Below, piece after piece: positions 24,457-36,985 of a stretch of 64,000 bases of DNA (positions within the stretch are counted from its first letter, which is position 1; each line of letters opens with the position of its first letter). The notes beneath the pieces were generated by a model. It made no database searches and was not told where the DNA came from. It saw nothing but the letters and a program-made list of their open reading frames with translations. The position numbers and the translations under genes were made by a program. Source of the DNA: Utricularia gibba (taxonomy: Eukaryota; Plantae; Magnoliophyta); the NCBI GenBank assembly GCA_002189035.1, contig CM007992.1, positions 3,782,001-3,846,000 on the forward strand, read 5' to 3'.

Positions 24457-25538
24457 TCATCTTTCGAATATGCCTTTCACATACACCATGCCCTTCTCCC
24501 TCAGCATAAGCTCCTTCCTCATCTGCTCAACTTGCTCGTCGTCACCTTGAACGATGATCTCCGATAAGCTCCCATCGTCTCCGACCATCATTTTCACCTT
24601 TATCTGCTCCTTCCTCGAGGCTTTAGTCCAGTAGTAAACTCCTCTGTCAGTCATGCCAACATCATCCTTGTTAGTGAGAGTTTAATGCAATGAGAAACTA
24701 AAGATAAACTTACGCCAATGGGCCGAACGAAGTTAGCCAGAACCAGTTGTTTCCTATATCAGGGACTGTAATTGTGAGGACAAGGGCGACACTTGCAAGG
24801 CTAATACAGGTGCAGAAAGTAAGCAGAGCTGCTTGGCCTCGGCTCGGAACCATCATCCCTTCAAATCTGAAACAATTGCCTACAAATATCATTATGCTAC
24901 TACATACACACCATTGCTGACAAGAATGCCACTATTGTTTTAGTTAAATTTCAACTACAACGCCTAAAGCTAAGTCTGATTTTGGTCCTGAAATTGTGCT
25001 GCAATTAATGGCTTACGTGATGGTCTCTCCCCTGCTGACAATAGAGAAGTTGCTACGAGTGAAAACGGATAGAATTTCCCCAGCCAGCTGGTTAGGCTCC
25101 TTCTTGAAATCTCCTTGTATAAATGTCTTCTGAACAACCTGAACCGACCAATATTCATGTCTCCAGTCCCGTAAAAGAAAGTGTTATCGTATATTAATCA
25201 AACTGGTGCGAAATGTGTGATGGTACCTTAGATTTAACAGAGCGCTTTATTAGGGACCAGACGCCAGGAACAGAGATGAGAAAGAGACCCAAAGACGTGT
25301 AATAACTGGCCAAGGAGTAACCAGCGGTTTCAGCTAGCAGAAAGAGTGAATTCTCAGGTAGATGCTGTTCTATAAAAGCTGAGGAAGTGGATACAACATC
25401 GTTCATTGAAGAAGGCATCTGAACCACAAATCTCCTCGGTTTGATAGACATTGAACCCCATGGGTGAACACGTTCTGGGTATTGGCTGTAGGTCATGGGA
25501 CGACAGAAGATGGGAGAAACCCAAAGCTTTGTCGCCAT
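24457..25538 (-). CDS. CCB1: COFACTOR ASSEMBLY OF COMPLEX C SUBUNIT B CCB1, chloroplastic
   Basis: GYSLASYYTSLGLFLISVPGVWSLIKRSVKSK; FEGMMVPSRGQAALLTFCTCISLASVALVL; GVYYWTKASRKEQIKVK...KGMVYVKGIFER*. Confidence 0.88.
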
Positions 25539-25929
25539 CGTTCCTGCGAGACTCCAGTTTTCAATCACCCATTTCAAAGTTGCAAATTTTCCAGAAAATT
25601 TAAACCTTTGCCCTTTCGCATCAGCAAGGAAAATATCCGAAGAAAAGGATATACCTACGAAATCCAAGCTCCGAATGAGGTAGTGACCGATGACAAAGCT
25701 CGCTGGCCGTTACCCAGCTCAGGGATTATTACAACACAACAGTGCAGCGTTATCCAGACGATGACTCACCACGTCCACAAAATTCCAACCAAGCTCCCTA
25801 CAAAAAAAACACATAAAAAAGAGAGACAGTTATTACCATTTGAACCTATTCAAACGTGAATTTAAGTTAGCTGTGAGCGTAACATTGTAAGCAGACTGTA
25901 AAGTTTTACATTGTAATAGAAAAGGGTGA

Positions 25930-27421
25930 TCACCCTGGGTAAGAGCAACCATGTGCGGCTGGCTTCCCACGCCATATGGTTAACTTCCAGAGAGGCTCTG
26001 TGGTTATGAACTCATTGGGAACAATCATGTACTGCTTTGCCTTGCAAGCAGGCTCCCATCTTTGTTTATTTTCTACCCAAGCCCTTGCCTTCATCGAGCT
26101 ATTTCCAACTTCAACAACGAGTTCGTAATAGAAAACCCTCCCTGAAGACGCAGGGGCAATGCAAGCAACAAAGCCAAAAAATCCTTCAGGGGCAATACAA
26201 GGGCTCAAACCCAGAACGAAAATTAGCCCTTCATTCTTCTCTAGGAGAACAATATTAGTCCTCTTAGAGTTGTCCCATGCAAATGCACGATCAAGGTGAA
26301 TTTTGTCCACTGAGAAGGTGAAGGTACCATCAAGGTTGATTTCTTGATAAGAGGACGAATGCTCCACCGAAAGGTGGTTATGCAAGTCCTTGTAGAAATC
26401 AGAATGAGAGCAGCCATCGAAGGGGCATAAGCAAGGCCCATACATGCATCTCTTCTCGTGGTCAGATTTCTTACTGTAGTTGATGAACTCCATGCAACCT
26501 CTTTCCTTGTATGAACATGACTAGAATTGAATCAATAACCTTTTCAAGTGCTCTGCAGCGGTTATACCCTATGGGTAAGCAGCAACTTCCGCATTCATTC
26601 CTCATTTTTTTGCAACAACATTTGCAGGCAACGTGGCCATTATCACACTGCATACATTGGATCAAAAGAGCGCGACGAATTAGACCACCCAATAAGACTA
26701 ATTTGTCTCTGACGATGTTTCAAACTTCTAAGCTAATGAGGGAAAAACTCGGAGACGCTCTAAAACAGTTTTCAAAAATTAAAAAAAAAAAAAACATAGA
26801 ATGCTGGCATACGTTGCAGAAGGATAGCTACCTTCATTAGAGCACGATCATACAAACAAAAAGAGGGAATTTTTCCACTTCGAATCTAGAATTGACTTTC
26901 AGAAAAATTTAATCTTGAGTTACGCAGTCACGAATACTGAGAAGTGATGGTGCATATACGGGTGGGGTGAGAAAAAAAAAACACATCGTACACACAAAGA
27001 CCTGATATACGGGTGCGGTGAGAGGCTCAAAGCAAATGGGGCAATCTAGCACATCTGAGTCAAGGGTAACGCCAATCCGCGCCTGCTGGTTTTCACAGAG
27101 TTGAAGTGGCTCCGAAACCCTATGGTCATTCATGTTAGGATTTGAATTAGCGTGCCCATTGGCAAGTAGCTCCTCGGCTCCCAGTTGCTCTTCTTGGTCG
27201 TCTTCCTCCTCTGGAAAATCATAAGAGGAGGATTCGTCACGAATCCGATTACCCGTTTCGAATTGGTCGCCGAGATTCGAAGAGGGGGATTTACTGCCGA
27301 CATGAGCCGTTCGACGAGTCAATGAAAGATTCAAAGGCAGGAGCCGAGGCCTTTTCGGCGGTGGGGATTGACCTTGCTGTCTCCGTCTGTTTTCATCTCC
27401 GCCGATAGAAAACCTCGCCAT
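25930..27421 (-). CDS. SINA-like RING E3 ubiquitin ligase; frameshift at ~26520
   Basis: MARFSIGG start; RING LDCPICFEPLTAPVYQ|CDNGHVACKCCC...CGSCCLPIGYNRCRALEKVI; zinc finger HEKRCMYGPCLCPFDGC...HNHL in a different frame. Confidence 0.8.
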
Positions 27422-27863
27422 CGTTGGTCCTTCCCGGGAGCGGAACTCGGTAGAAGCGATGACCACGAATATGACAAGTTCAGGGAAAGTAGGCTCAGCC
27501 TCAATATTCTGAGAAATAGCACTTAAGCCCTTAAACTGTTGCTTATTACAAGTTTTAATTACAATTTCATTGGCAGACATCATTACTCATGCATTTGACT
27601 TGGAAACCAACTAGTGCATGCGTCTACAGGTAACGCATGCGCTGTACCACCCCCTCTGACGTAGCATAAGAATAGTGTTGGAAAGAAATGTTGGAAGATC
27701 GTGTGCTTTTCCAAATCCTTCCCATGACTACGGCTGTTAGCATTCCCTCTGCACATGCAATTACCAGGACTCGGTTGTATTTTTCAACAATGATGATGGC
27801 CGTATCTTGCATTCAGATCTCAACTCGAAGGGCATTGCAGATTTTGGCCGGTCATTTGGAGTA

Positions 27864-29418
27864 TTAAACCGAGAAGGTATCCGCATCGCTGCTTTCACTG
27901 CTGCTTCCACTACCGCTCCCACTTCCACTCTCACTGTCGCTGCTACTACTCTCACTCCCACTGCTGCTATTGGAGCTTGATGTCTGGCTTCTTCTTTCCT
28001 GTGCTCGTAGTTCTTGGGCAGCATTCGTTCCCCTGTTGGCTTCACCGTCGCTAGCATCACCGTCAGCAATCTCATCGTCTGAACCACCTTGGTGTGGTTT
28101 GTTGATATCAAAATCAAGTTCTTTCAGAACAACAGCTCCTCCAGAAGTGCCTGCATCCATCTCATCATTGATTGCATCCATTATATCCACAGGCTCATCC
28201 TGGTCGTCATTCTTTGAGTTGGAGTTCGGACCTCGTGAGGTTGTTTGAGCAGAGGATGGTTGTTCCATGGTCTTCTCCCTTCCAGGCTTGGCATCTTATA
28301 GGAAAATCAAAAACTCAGATGCAAATAGAAGCAAGGGACTCAACATGTTCAAAAACCTATCTCATAAAGTTATCCATTGGCAGCAAAAGCATATTTACCT
28401 GCGGTTTTGAAATCTCCTACCTCAATTCGTTCAATTTCACCCTAGATGAAATAGAAGGCTCTTTAAATCTCTAGAAAGACCATCATACATTTCAAGAAAC
28501 TATATATGGCCGACTTGAAATCTTTCGACTTTCTTCTTTCGACTTTTTAGGCATGAATAAGAAATAACACTCCCTCAATAGAAAGTAAGAATAAAACATC
28601 GGCAGCACAACCCACAAGATGAGCAAGGCTGCAGACGAGAATTGACCTAAGCAACAGTCTCATCTGTACCCATTCTCTGTTGCATCAAATTTGAATGGAA
28701 ACCATTCCAAAATCTAAAAGCAACATAAATTTGCCATTTTTCTCCCGGCAAAAAATGGAAATGTATACAGCTCTCAAGAGGTAAATACTTACCGGCAGTG
28801 GAAGATAAAAGTCCTTGCTCAGAGGCACAGGTTTAGCCATTTTCCCAATAGGTGGAGAACTTGCATCGGTGTGGCCAGCTGATGAAACTGCAGCCCCTGC
28901 AGACTCCCCCAAAGCCCTGTTGTGTCTCAGCCGCTTTACAGCACGGTGCAACCGCTCCAAACGAAATGATTGCCCATCGAAAAAAAGAACTGCATCATTG
29001 TCTTTATGATCCTCACTAATACCATCGAATATCACTTTAGGCTTTCCAGGCTGAATATTTTGAAATTCAACAGTGACCTTATTATCCTTGCCCTTGTGCA
29101 ACATACCCCGTTGATTTTTATCAATTGACGCTGGCTTGAAATCGTCTAATCACACGCAAAAACAAGAGTCAAAAGAGCCACAGCCCTACCGAGAATCGCA
29201 AACCCAAATAAAATATACACGCCATTCAAAACGCACATTCCCCGCATAAAGATCCCAACTTTAATCGAAAAAAAAAAGAACACGGGCAAGGGAAACTTAC
29301 AGCGAAAAGTGCAGAACTTTGAGGTATGATCCTTGAAGGAGGAGCCTAGAGTTAAATTGAACCAGCGATCAGCTTGCGGCGCAGTGCTTGGCTCGTTGTT
29401 GCTGCTGATTCCTGCCAT
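27864..29418 (-). CDS. ELL-associated factor (EAF) domain transcription elongation protein
   Basis: NEPSTAPQADRWFNLTLGSSF...FR|YDFKPASIDK...VEFQN.QPGKPKV.FDG...DAVLFFDGQSFRLERLHRAVK.LRH, with Ser/Asp-rich C-terminus; 4 exons in frame. Confidence 0.85.
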
Positions 29419-29793
29419 TTTCTTCCGTTTCCAACCAATTCCACGGAACGTGGATTTGGGCGACAACGGATAGAAGGCGCAGGCATAAAATTTTTGATAT
29501 TTTTTCCCGGAAAAAGGTATCTTTTAATATAATTATGCATTTAAAAATATTTTGATTACAAAATGAAATACTATAAAATATTAGATTATATATACTAAAT
29601 TAAACCCCATAGTGATGATTCAATTCAAACTGATATTTTCAAATGGACCGAAAGTCAGCTGGTTTGGGGTTTTATTTTTATATGGATGAACCACAAAGAT
29701 TTCAATTAATATTTAATTCCATTTAATAGCCTATAAAAAGGGGTGAGTTGAGGGTTGATCTATCCTTTGCACCAGGAAGGGGGGATTGGAAGA

Positions 29794-30113
29794 ATGAAGA
29801 TCTTGCTGTCCGCGATGCTGCTAACTCTGCTGCTCTCTTCGTCCCTCGGTAAATTTACTAACAAAATCTTCTCCATTTTAGTCTTAGATCAAGGCAAGGC
29901 ATGCTGTGGTTGTGAACAACAGGGCAGCAGCTGAAGTTCTGCCCCGTGAAGCCCCTGGATAGGAGGGGTTCCTGCAGCTCAGCCGTGGATCGGAGCTGCT
30001 TTTTCATCGTGCTCGGAGAGTTTGCGGCGAGCGTTATGCCAAGAAACATTCGATGCGTCGACGTGGGGTCGCACCGGAGTCGATGCACATGTGATGTAAT
30101 ATGCGGATCTTAG
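29794..30113 (+). CDS. Secreted SCR-like / defensin-like cysteine-rich peptide (not in the ORF track)
   Basis: Exon 1 29794-29848 signal peptide MKILLSAMLLTLLLSSSL, phase-1 74-nt intron, exon 2 29923-30113 QQLKFCPVKPLDRRGSCSSAVDRSCFFIVLGEFAASVMPRNIRCVDVGSHRSRCTCDVICGS*; TATA-like CTATAAAA ~60 bp upstream. Confidence 0.8.
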
Positions 30114-30956
30114 AAACAAGGCAAAATGTCTGCTGCAATAGTGGCTTCTGTATGTCGACCATCTGGTCTCCTTTACAATGAAATGAAGCCCAGAGGAGTT
30201 TGTCTTTCGTGCCTTGCCTTGTTTAAAAGCAATGGAGTGAGGATGCTAGATCTGGGACATGATAGCGTAGCAGAATAACGAGTGGACCACAAGAACAGTG
30301 CATGTGAGGTCTACATCACAAAATTCATACATAAAATCGATGAAGATGGATGTTTCTCTAAACAAAGGCGTTTGTGGGGTGATTTGCTACCCAAAAGCGA
30401 TGCCTCCGCCGTAACAACAACAGCAACATGATACAACCCAGACAGAAACACATGGGAAGGAATGAATATGCGTAACATACAGTTCCTGTTGGCCGTTTCT
30501 GGAGACCACCCCAAAATTAGATTCATTGTCATATCCAAAAACAAACCAGATTCATACAGTGGAGGAATGAATAATAAATAAATACATGGTGTTAGGAGTC
30601 AGACGGCTGCTTTTTCTAGTATTGTCTGATCCACCGTTTTGTTTGAAAGTTTCAGACGTCTGCAGCAAAGCGTAACATGCTGTTCTGGTGAAATCGAATA
30701 GAGACCCACGTACAGCCGATTAACAACACTCTCTGGATCATTCAAAATTACTATGTAATAAAATAGTCCATAGGCAGGAGAGCAGCGGGAGCGTTCAAAT
30801 AGGACCGTTGGAATTTCAGGACTACAGTTTCCCTTGTTCCCCTTTTGCCCTCGAGTATCCATATGACCGTTGCATTTGCGATTCAAACCAATGAAACTCC
30901 TGGATCCCCTCCAAAATCTCCATCGCAGAGGAACTTGCAATCTCACCTCATCATCA

Positions 30957-31505
30957 ATGACTGAGATCAGTAGCAGTGTCTCGCCTTCGCCATGTAACTC
31001 CGACCCCCATCATCTTTCGCTCCCAGCAGTCGTCATCAAGCGAGGCCCCAGATTCGGAGAGTACTCTGCTCTCAGAGAAAAAAGGCTCCGGATGAAGAGC
31101 AATCAGCCTCCCCGCCCACAGATAGCGCAGGTCGAGGAAAAATATACATCTAGATCGATTTTGGCTCCACCCAAATGGGGTCAGAATTTGGGTACGCCGC
31201 CGTCGCGGAGGTCTGACTCTAAATGTCCGTCTCCTCTTACCCAATCCGTACCCGATTTCACTTCTGTGTTGAGGAAGGAGAATCGGAAGCCTGTGAAGAT
31301 GCTTCTTCCGTCGCTGTCGCAAAAATCTTTAACTCCGCCTCTGGGGCCATCTGCCAACGCACTTTACGGGAAGAAGATTGTGGTAGCAGGGAGCAGTAGT
31401 AAGTCGGCGGGTAAGAGTCTGACGACCAGGAAGAGCTGCGCAACCATGCAGGAATTCAGAGGCTTGTCCCTTGCTGCTGCTCGTGCCATTAGTGGAGAAA
31501 GGTAG
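30957..31505 (+). CDS. Conserved uncharacterised plant protein, single exon
   Basis: Motifs KRGPRFGEYSALREKRLRMK and LTQSVPDFTSVLRKENRKP, recalled from a plant unknown-protein family. The start (30957 vs 30870) and the C-terminus are uncertain. Confidence 0.6.
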   Translation: MTEISSSVSPSPCNSDPHHLSLPAVVIKRGPRFGEYSALREKRLRMKSNQPPRPQIAQVEEKYTSRSILAPPKWGQNLGTPPSRRSDSKCPSPLTQSVPDFTSVLRKENRKPVKMLLPSLSQKSLTPPLGPSANALYGKKIVVAGSSSKSAGKSLTTRKSCATMQEFRGLSLAAARAISGER

Positions 31506-32149
31506 AGTATTACGGGGTACAACTACAAGCAGGCGGCAGTATAACTAGTTTTTTCTAAGTCTCTACATCATCTTTTGACTTCACACTACTGTTAACCGGT
31601 TGTTCCTGCAAAGAGTTTTTGATTTGACGGACTCTAGAAAATTGATTTCATTACCTGGTTGGAATTGCTAGAAGGTGAGAGAGAAATACAATTTGGAACA
31701 GCGTGCTGAAGCGACATCCCTAATTCAGATATTAGCTGTGACGGTGCTTTTAGATGCATTGCAGGGACGGTGTTTTTAGGTGCTAATTCACCTAGCCTCT
31801 AGCCTTGGGAGTTCAGTTCCTTCAACCTCTGTTCCAAAGTGCACTCGATTGATCTCTACTTTGGTACCACCGTTTCCTTCTTAACCAGAGAATCAGTTGC
31901 AAATGCACAGCTTCCACCTTTTTTGCAGGCATTGTAAGAAGATGACCTCTTTTGTGCTAGTGGCACAAATTTATCAGAGCTGATAAACGAAGCCGGGAAT
32001 GACCTTTTACTGACCAAGCAGGGGGAAGTGCTCTATTGTCAATCCCAAAAGATTTGGGAACAACCATGGGATGCTTCTTGCGTCGTAGAATTGCATGATA
32101 ATACTAATCTCGCTCACAAAGCGGAGTCCTTTCATGATATTTGTCATTC

Positions 32150-32790
32150 CCAAGCAACTTGAATGTGCCCCGCAGGAGTCCAGGTTCCAAATTTTTTGTT
32201 GCCGCAGTAGTCAACAATTCTGATGGCCTTTCCCTTGAATGATTCCCGGGGCTTTTTACATGAAATGGAAATACAGGATGACGATGCTTTCTTGACTTGG
32301 GATAAAGAATCCATCAATGGCAGATTCTCTGGCTAGAGAACACTTGTCGTTAGTTGCTACCTCTCGGAAGCATTCTGAGGTCCTAAACCCTCTTCTCCAT
32401 AGGAGAATTGCAACTGCAACCATGACTTTCATGCATTTTAGTGATCGTGGCAGCAACTTTCTTTGAGCTTGCTGTTGCTGGTAATGGACTCCAGTCCCAT
32501 AAGCTTGGCAACCAATCCTGGCTCTCGCATCTCCAAATCAACAGAATCATCAACGATCAACAATCTACACCACATAATCTTAAAGATGGTGGCATCAAGT
32601 TTTTATTGAGCATAGTACCAATCCAAGTTTGGGGCGCTTTTCAGTATCTACAAACATGTATGAAGCTCAATTTAACAGATAAGAACAAAAACAGGGAGCT
32701 TTGAGCAACCTGGTGAGGGGAGGTTCTTACTCAATCTACGGTTTCCATCCAAAAAATTGAAAGAAGATGCCCACACAACCTCCTGCCCTT
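32150..32790 (-). pseudogene. Decayed TRM/LONGIFOLIA-like (VARLMGL motif; DUF4378 family) gene remnant
   Basis: Ordered motifs in broken frames: AGGCVGIFFQFFGW (~32740-32785), EPGLVAKLMGLESI (~32490-32525), KSRKHRHP...VKSPG...AATKNLEPGL (~32170-32290), with intervening stops and frameshifts. Confidence 0.7.
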
Positions 32791-33423
32791 GGGAATTTAT
32801 TCTCTACAGGTGCAGCATATTATCATTCATCCCGAGGAGTAACTGGATGTCTACTCTAGGCCCCAGGCCTGGGGTCATCAAACTGGGCAAGTAGCAATAT
32901 TTGTTTATTATATTTAATATATTATGCCAAGTACGAGGCTCGTTAGGCCAAGTTCTGTGTGTAGTGGGCTTGGAAGCCCACCCATGGAGAGAATGTGACG
33001 TTGTGGTGGTTGGGCGGGCTGCCCTTCAACCCGACCGCCGACGGACCGATCATTTAATTGGCGGATGAGCCTCGACGCGAGAACATGTTAAATGCTGCGT
33101 TGTTGTACAAATGTTGTCGTGCACTTGGCACAAAATAATAATAAGTAACATGCACTAATAATTAGATGTATTCCAATTTTGTTTTCTTGCATGGCACCTG
33201 TTTCTTATGCAGGCTACATGGCCCCATACACCACTAACTCCCATGAATGGGGTTTAGATTATATCCTGGAGGCTGGATCTACTCAATGTTACTCTTTCCA
33301 TTTCATGTTTGGCATGGGTTCTTGTGTAACGTGCTCTGATTCATTTTCAGTCGCTCAAATTCCTCTCATGACATTGAAAAGTAATAACAAGAAAACCCGA
33401 ATTAAAGGAAAGGAAAAATGAGC

Positions 33424-34074
33424 TCAGTTCTTCTTCTTGGTCCTGCCTGAAAACATGGAGCCCAGCCCGAAGAGAGTTGCCGGAGGGATATTAAGTACAG
33501 GGTTGAATTTCACAGCATGGTTATAATTGTTGCGATTGTTCTTCTTCAGCGGCGGTCGTGAGTTATGATAACCGAAGCCGCTGTTATGTTGCGTTTGTTG
33601 TTTCTGCTGATTCTTGAGATGCTGCTGCTTTTGCCCACACGCCCGTTTTCCGGTGGCTGTGGAGCCCGTCGAGTAGCTTCTAGACAAAAGGGGCAACGGA
33701 CAAAGGCCGTGTCCACCTCCTGAGTTCAAGCTATAGCTGCGCCTGAATCTCCAGAAATACTTGGGGTTTTCTTCAGTCGTCTCAACCATGTTCCGGCTAT
33801 TCCAATCGTCGTTGGCACTTGCACTTTTGCTCGTTGGTGGTGGCGCCGGCGGCGTCGGAAGCTTGTTCTTGATTTGAAGAGGGAGGATCTTACCATCGGA
33901 GAACAGCTCTTCGGTGGAGGAAGGTTCGTAGTTAGGGGTTTCACGGGAAGCGCAGAAATCGAAATCGATTGATGCCGGCGCAGGAATGTAACCGCTGTCG
34001 ACTGACAACTGGGAAAGGTCATGGGAAAAGGAGATCCGAGGACTATCTGGGAAAGCGTGGATCGGGCTTGCCAT
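33424..34074 (-). CDS. Uncharacterised SPRISFS/ELFSDGKILP-motif protein (DUF1645/MAKR-like)
   Basis: SPRISFSHDL...DFDFC...EELFSDGKILPLQIK...FWRFRRSYSLN...LLSRSYSTGS...VKFNPVLNIP. The ORF extends upstream to 34209. Confidence 0.75.
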   Translation of the reverse strand: MASPIHAFPDSPRISFSHDLSQLSVDSGYIPAPASIDFDFCASRETPNYEPSSTEELFSDGKILPLQIKNKLPTPPAPPPTSKSASANDDWNSRNMVETTEENPKYFWRFRRSYSLNSGGGHGLCPLPLLSRSYSTGSTATGKRACGQKQQHLKNQQKQQTQHNSGFGYHNSRPPLKKNNRNNYNHAVKFNPVLNIPPATLFGLGSMFSGRTKKKN

Positions 34075-35275
34075 GTCTTGTCGATCAACCACCAATCTCT
34101 CGTCGGAAATACCAAGATATCCTGCGGTTGCAGAGGATGATGAAGAACAACATCCGAATGGTGGAAATCTGAAAGTATGCATGGAAGTGGAGTTGTTTCC
34201 AGCGACCATGATTAATTATTGCTTCTCGTTGTCACATGGAAGACAAACAAACAAAAAAAAAAAAAAACAGAGATCAGGGCGATATGATTCCCCGGATTGG
34301 TGATGGGTACACACAGTCTTAGCAAGTGCCGTGTGATCATCGCGCGCTTTTGCTTTTATGTGTGTGTTCTTTCTCCATAAAATCTTCTCCCATATAAAGG
34401 AGATGGGATGATCGCTAGCTATTGCTTTTTTTGCTGAACTTGGACACGGGCAAGAACGTAAAGCAAACTTTCTAGGAAATTGAAGAGGATGAGACTTATC
34501 GATTGATAGCTGCTGTTGCATAGGTGTGGGCGTTCCCAGTTTTTAAGGTAGAAACTGAAATTTTTACAGAAGAAAGGAAAAAATTGGTGAAGTAGATATA
34601 ACAAACAACACAAAAGCAAGGCGTGGCCTTCATCAGGCGTATGCACAAAAATCCAATTGAACAACACAAAAGCAAGTACATGAATTTTTTCCTCACTGTG
34701 GCTGTGGGGATAGAGGAGATGGGTCCAATGCTCCACAAATCGGGCCACCTGTTCATGTGAACCCACAAAAAGCAAATGATTGACAGCACACTTCTCCCCA
34801 AAGAACCTTTAACCAAATCACAGACGTTCTTGCATCCTCACCACCATATTCCGCAGGTGCCACATTGGACATGCTGTCACCAAACATCAGATGATACTAA
34901 TATGCCATGTACACCCACCGAAACTTCCAATAGACAGCAGATAAAAGTAGTTAATTGCCACGACCTTTATGCAGAGGCCACGTTAAAAGCTTATCCGAGA
35001 ATCCGGCAGCACCAGAAAAATAAAGAATGCATTTGCCAGTTCGAAGTCACGATATGTCATCATATGCATAGATAATGGCTTCAAGATATTAATGGATCTG
35101 TTTCCAAGTTAACTCATGTAAAGGGGCAACCTTACGAATTAGGTCATCACAAATTTGTAGTGTCCCTATGATGAAGAAAAAGGGCACCAACAATCCAACT
35201 TCACAAAAAAGAATAATCCAAATCACTGGTTCTTTATCAAACCAAGGGCCGGGTCGTCAAATGAAATGAAGATTT

Positions 35276-36209
35276 TCATGCCTCCACTACAGGGAAGTCA
35301 AAGACAACATCTTTCCCTGAGAGTTTCCTATACACACAGGCGAATGTTTCCAACTTGTTCTCTGTGTCGTTCTTAGCCTTTGGGTCCAAGAAAATCTGAA
35401 GATCATCAATGAAGCGGAGCACGTTTGAGTGCAAAGTAATGGGACTTCAGATATAAGAACAATTGGGGACAATCACCTTGATGATCTTTGACCCATCCAC
35501 TCTGTATCTTACACGTTTTCCAACAATCTCAGCAGGATAAACAACATCCTCAAGGATAGCCTCATGCACAGAAGTTAGAGTGCGGGATCTGGGTCTTTGG
35601 ACAGCCGAACCCTTTTTTGGTGGACGCACTATCCTTCTGGTGGCAACCAGCACAACTTCCTACAAGCATCCAAAGATAAACAACACGGGGAGTTTCAGTA
35701 AAACAAAATGCATTATTGATACCTCCGCGTGATTGTTTTTAAAAGTAAGCTATAACCTTTCCACTGAATTTCTTCTCAAGCTCCCTAACCAGCCTAGGGT
35801 GAATCTTGCGAAAAGACTTCCTCAATCTATAAGGCACATGGATGACAACCACCTTTTTACTTCCCGAAATGTCAATCTGCCTGAAAAGCCGCCGCGAATT
35901 ATCAAATATTCATCGAGGAGGCCCAGCAACAAAGCAAAAGCATAGCATTAGAACTCTTACAGAGCAGAGTTGATGAAGAGATCTTTCAAGTCGCTCTTGA
36001 GTTCTTGGTTGGTGTTTTCCAAGTCAAACAAGGCCTGAAGATACAGATGAAACCCATAAAAGCAAAAGTTAAGAAAAATAAAATAAAATAAGTTGGTTAA
36101 ACAGAACAACTCAACAGCTAATTTGGTAGACCACCTGAGCAACATTTTCTTCAAATTCACTGGGTTCAGCTTCCTTGTCTTTACGGATTTTCTGCAACGC
36201 CGTATACAT
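35276..36209 (-). CDS. RPS7: 40S ribosomal protein S7 (eS7); 5'-UTR intron upstream
   Basis: [21 protein letters not shown]; [24 protein letters not shown]; [45 protein letters not shown]; [20 protein letters not shown]. Confidence 0.95.
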
Positions 36210-36985
36210 CTTTGACCTAGAAAAAGTAACATGACTAAAGCGCTGGCGACCTTCAGATTTCCAATTTAACATGACTAATTAATAAACCAAGAACGATTAA
36301 GAACAAGAATCCGAATTTCTAAATGAAAAAGGTACTCGCAGACAAATCTTCCTACAATGAAGAAAGCACCGTAGTGCACAAAGAAGCGCGCAGAGCACAC
36401 GTAGCTAGTCAACATAACTCATGAACGATATGCACACACGGCATACCCACCCAACGACTACATTCCAAATAAATCTCACGCGAATGATGCAAGAGAAAAC
36501 CGAATGATAAATATCGAAAGGAGCTTCTTACCCGATATGCTCACTTCGTCGCACTGAAGCGCCAGAGGCCACTCGCTGTAAGCTCGGGAAAGGGCCGAAT
36601 GAGTGTTTATATCAGACTTCAGAACCCTAGAGGATTTGGAAGAGTCCGACCGTCTGCAACTAGACTACGATCTATCTGAAAGAAGGATGCCGGCCCAGTC
36701 TGTTGATAGTTTCGACAAGTCCAATTCCATTGTTAGATATGGTCCAGAAATCATGTCCCAGGCCTGGACCCAGTACCAGACCCAAGATATCCTCATCGGC
36801 CATAGCCACGAGTTATGAGTTACCACGTAGAAAAACTGAACATCAGTGAGGAATTTTTGGTGCTAAATCTTAGAGTTTTGAGTTTGATGATCGTGTTCCC
36901 ACAGAAGTACAGGTACATAACAAGTTCTTTGACGATGTGGTTAGACCAAACACACACGCGCGCAGAAGAACGAGCACGTTGCTGG

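Noticed and set aside
26909-27583. ORF-track start at 27583 and read-through to 26909 for the SINA-like gene
   Set aside because: Family-typical start is MARFSIGG at 27421, and the RING is completed by splicing after VYQ.
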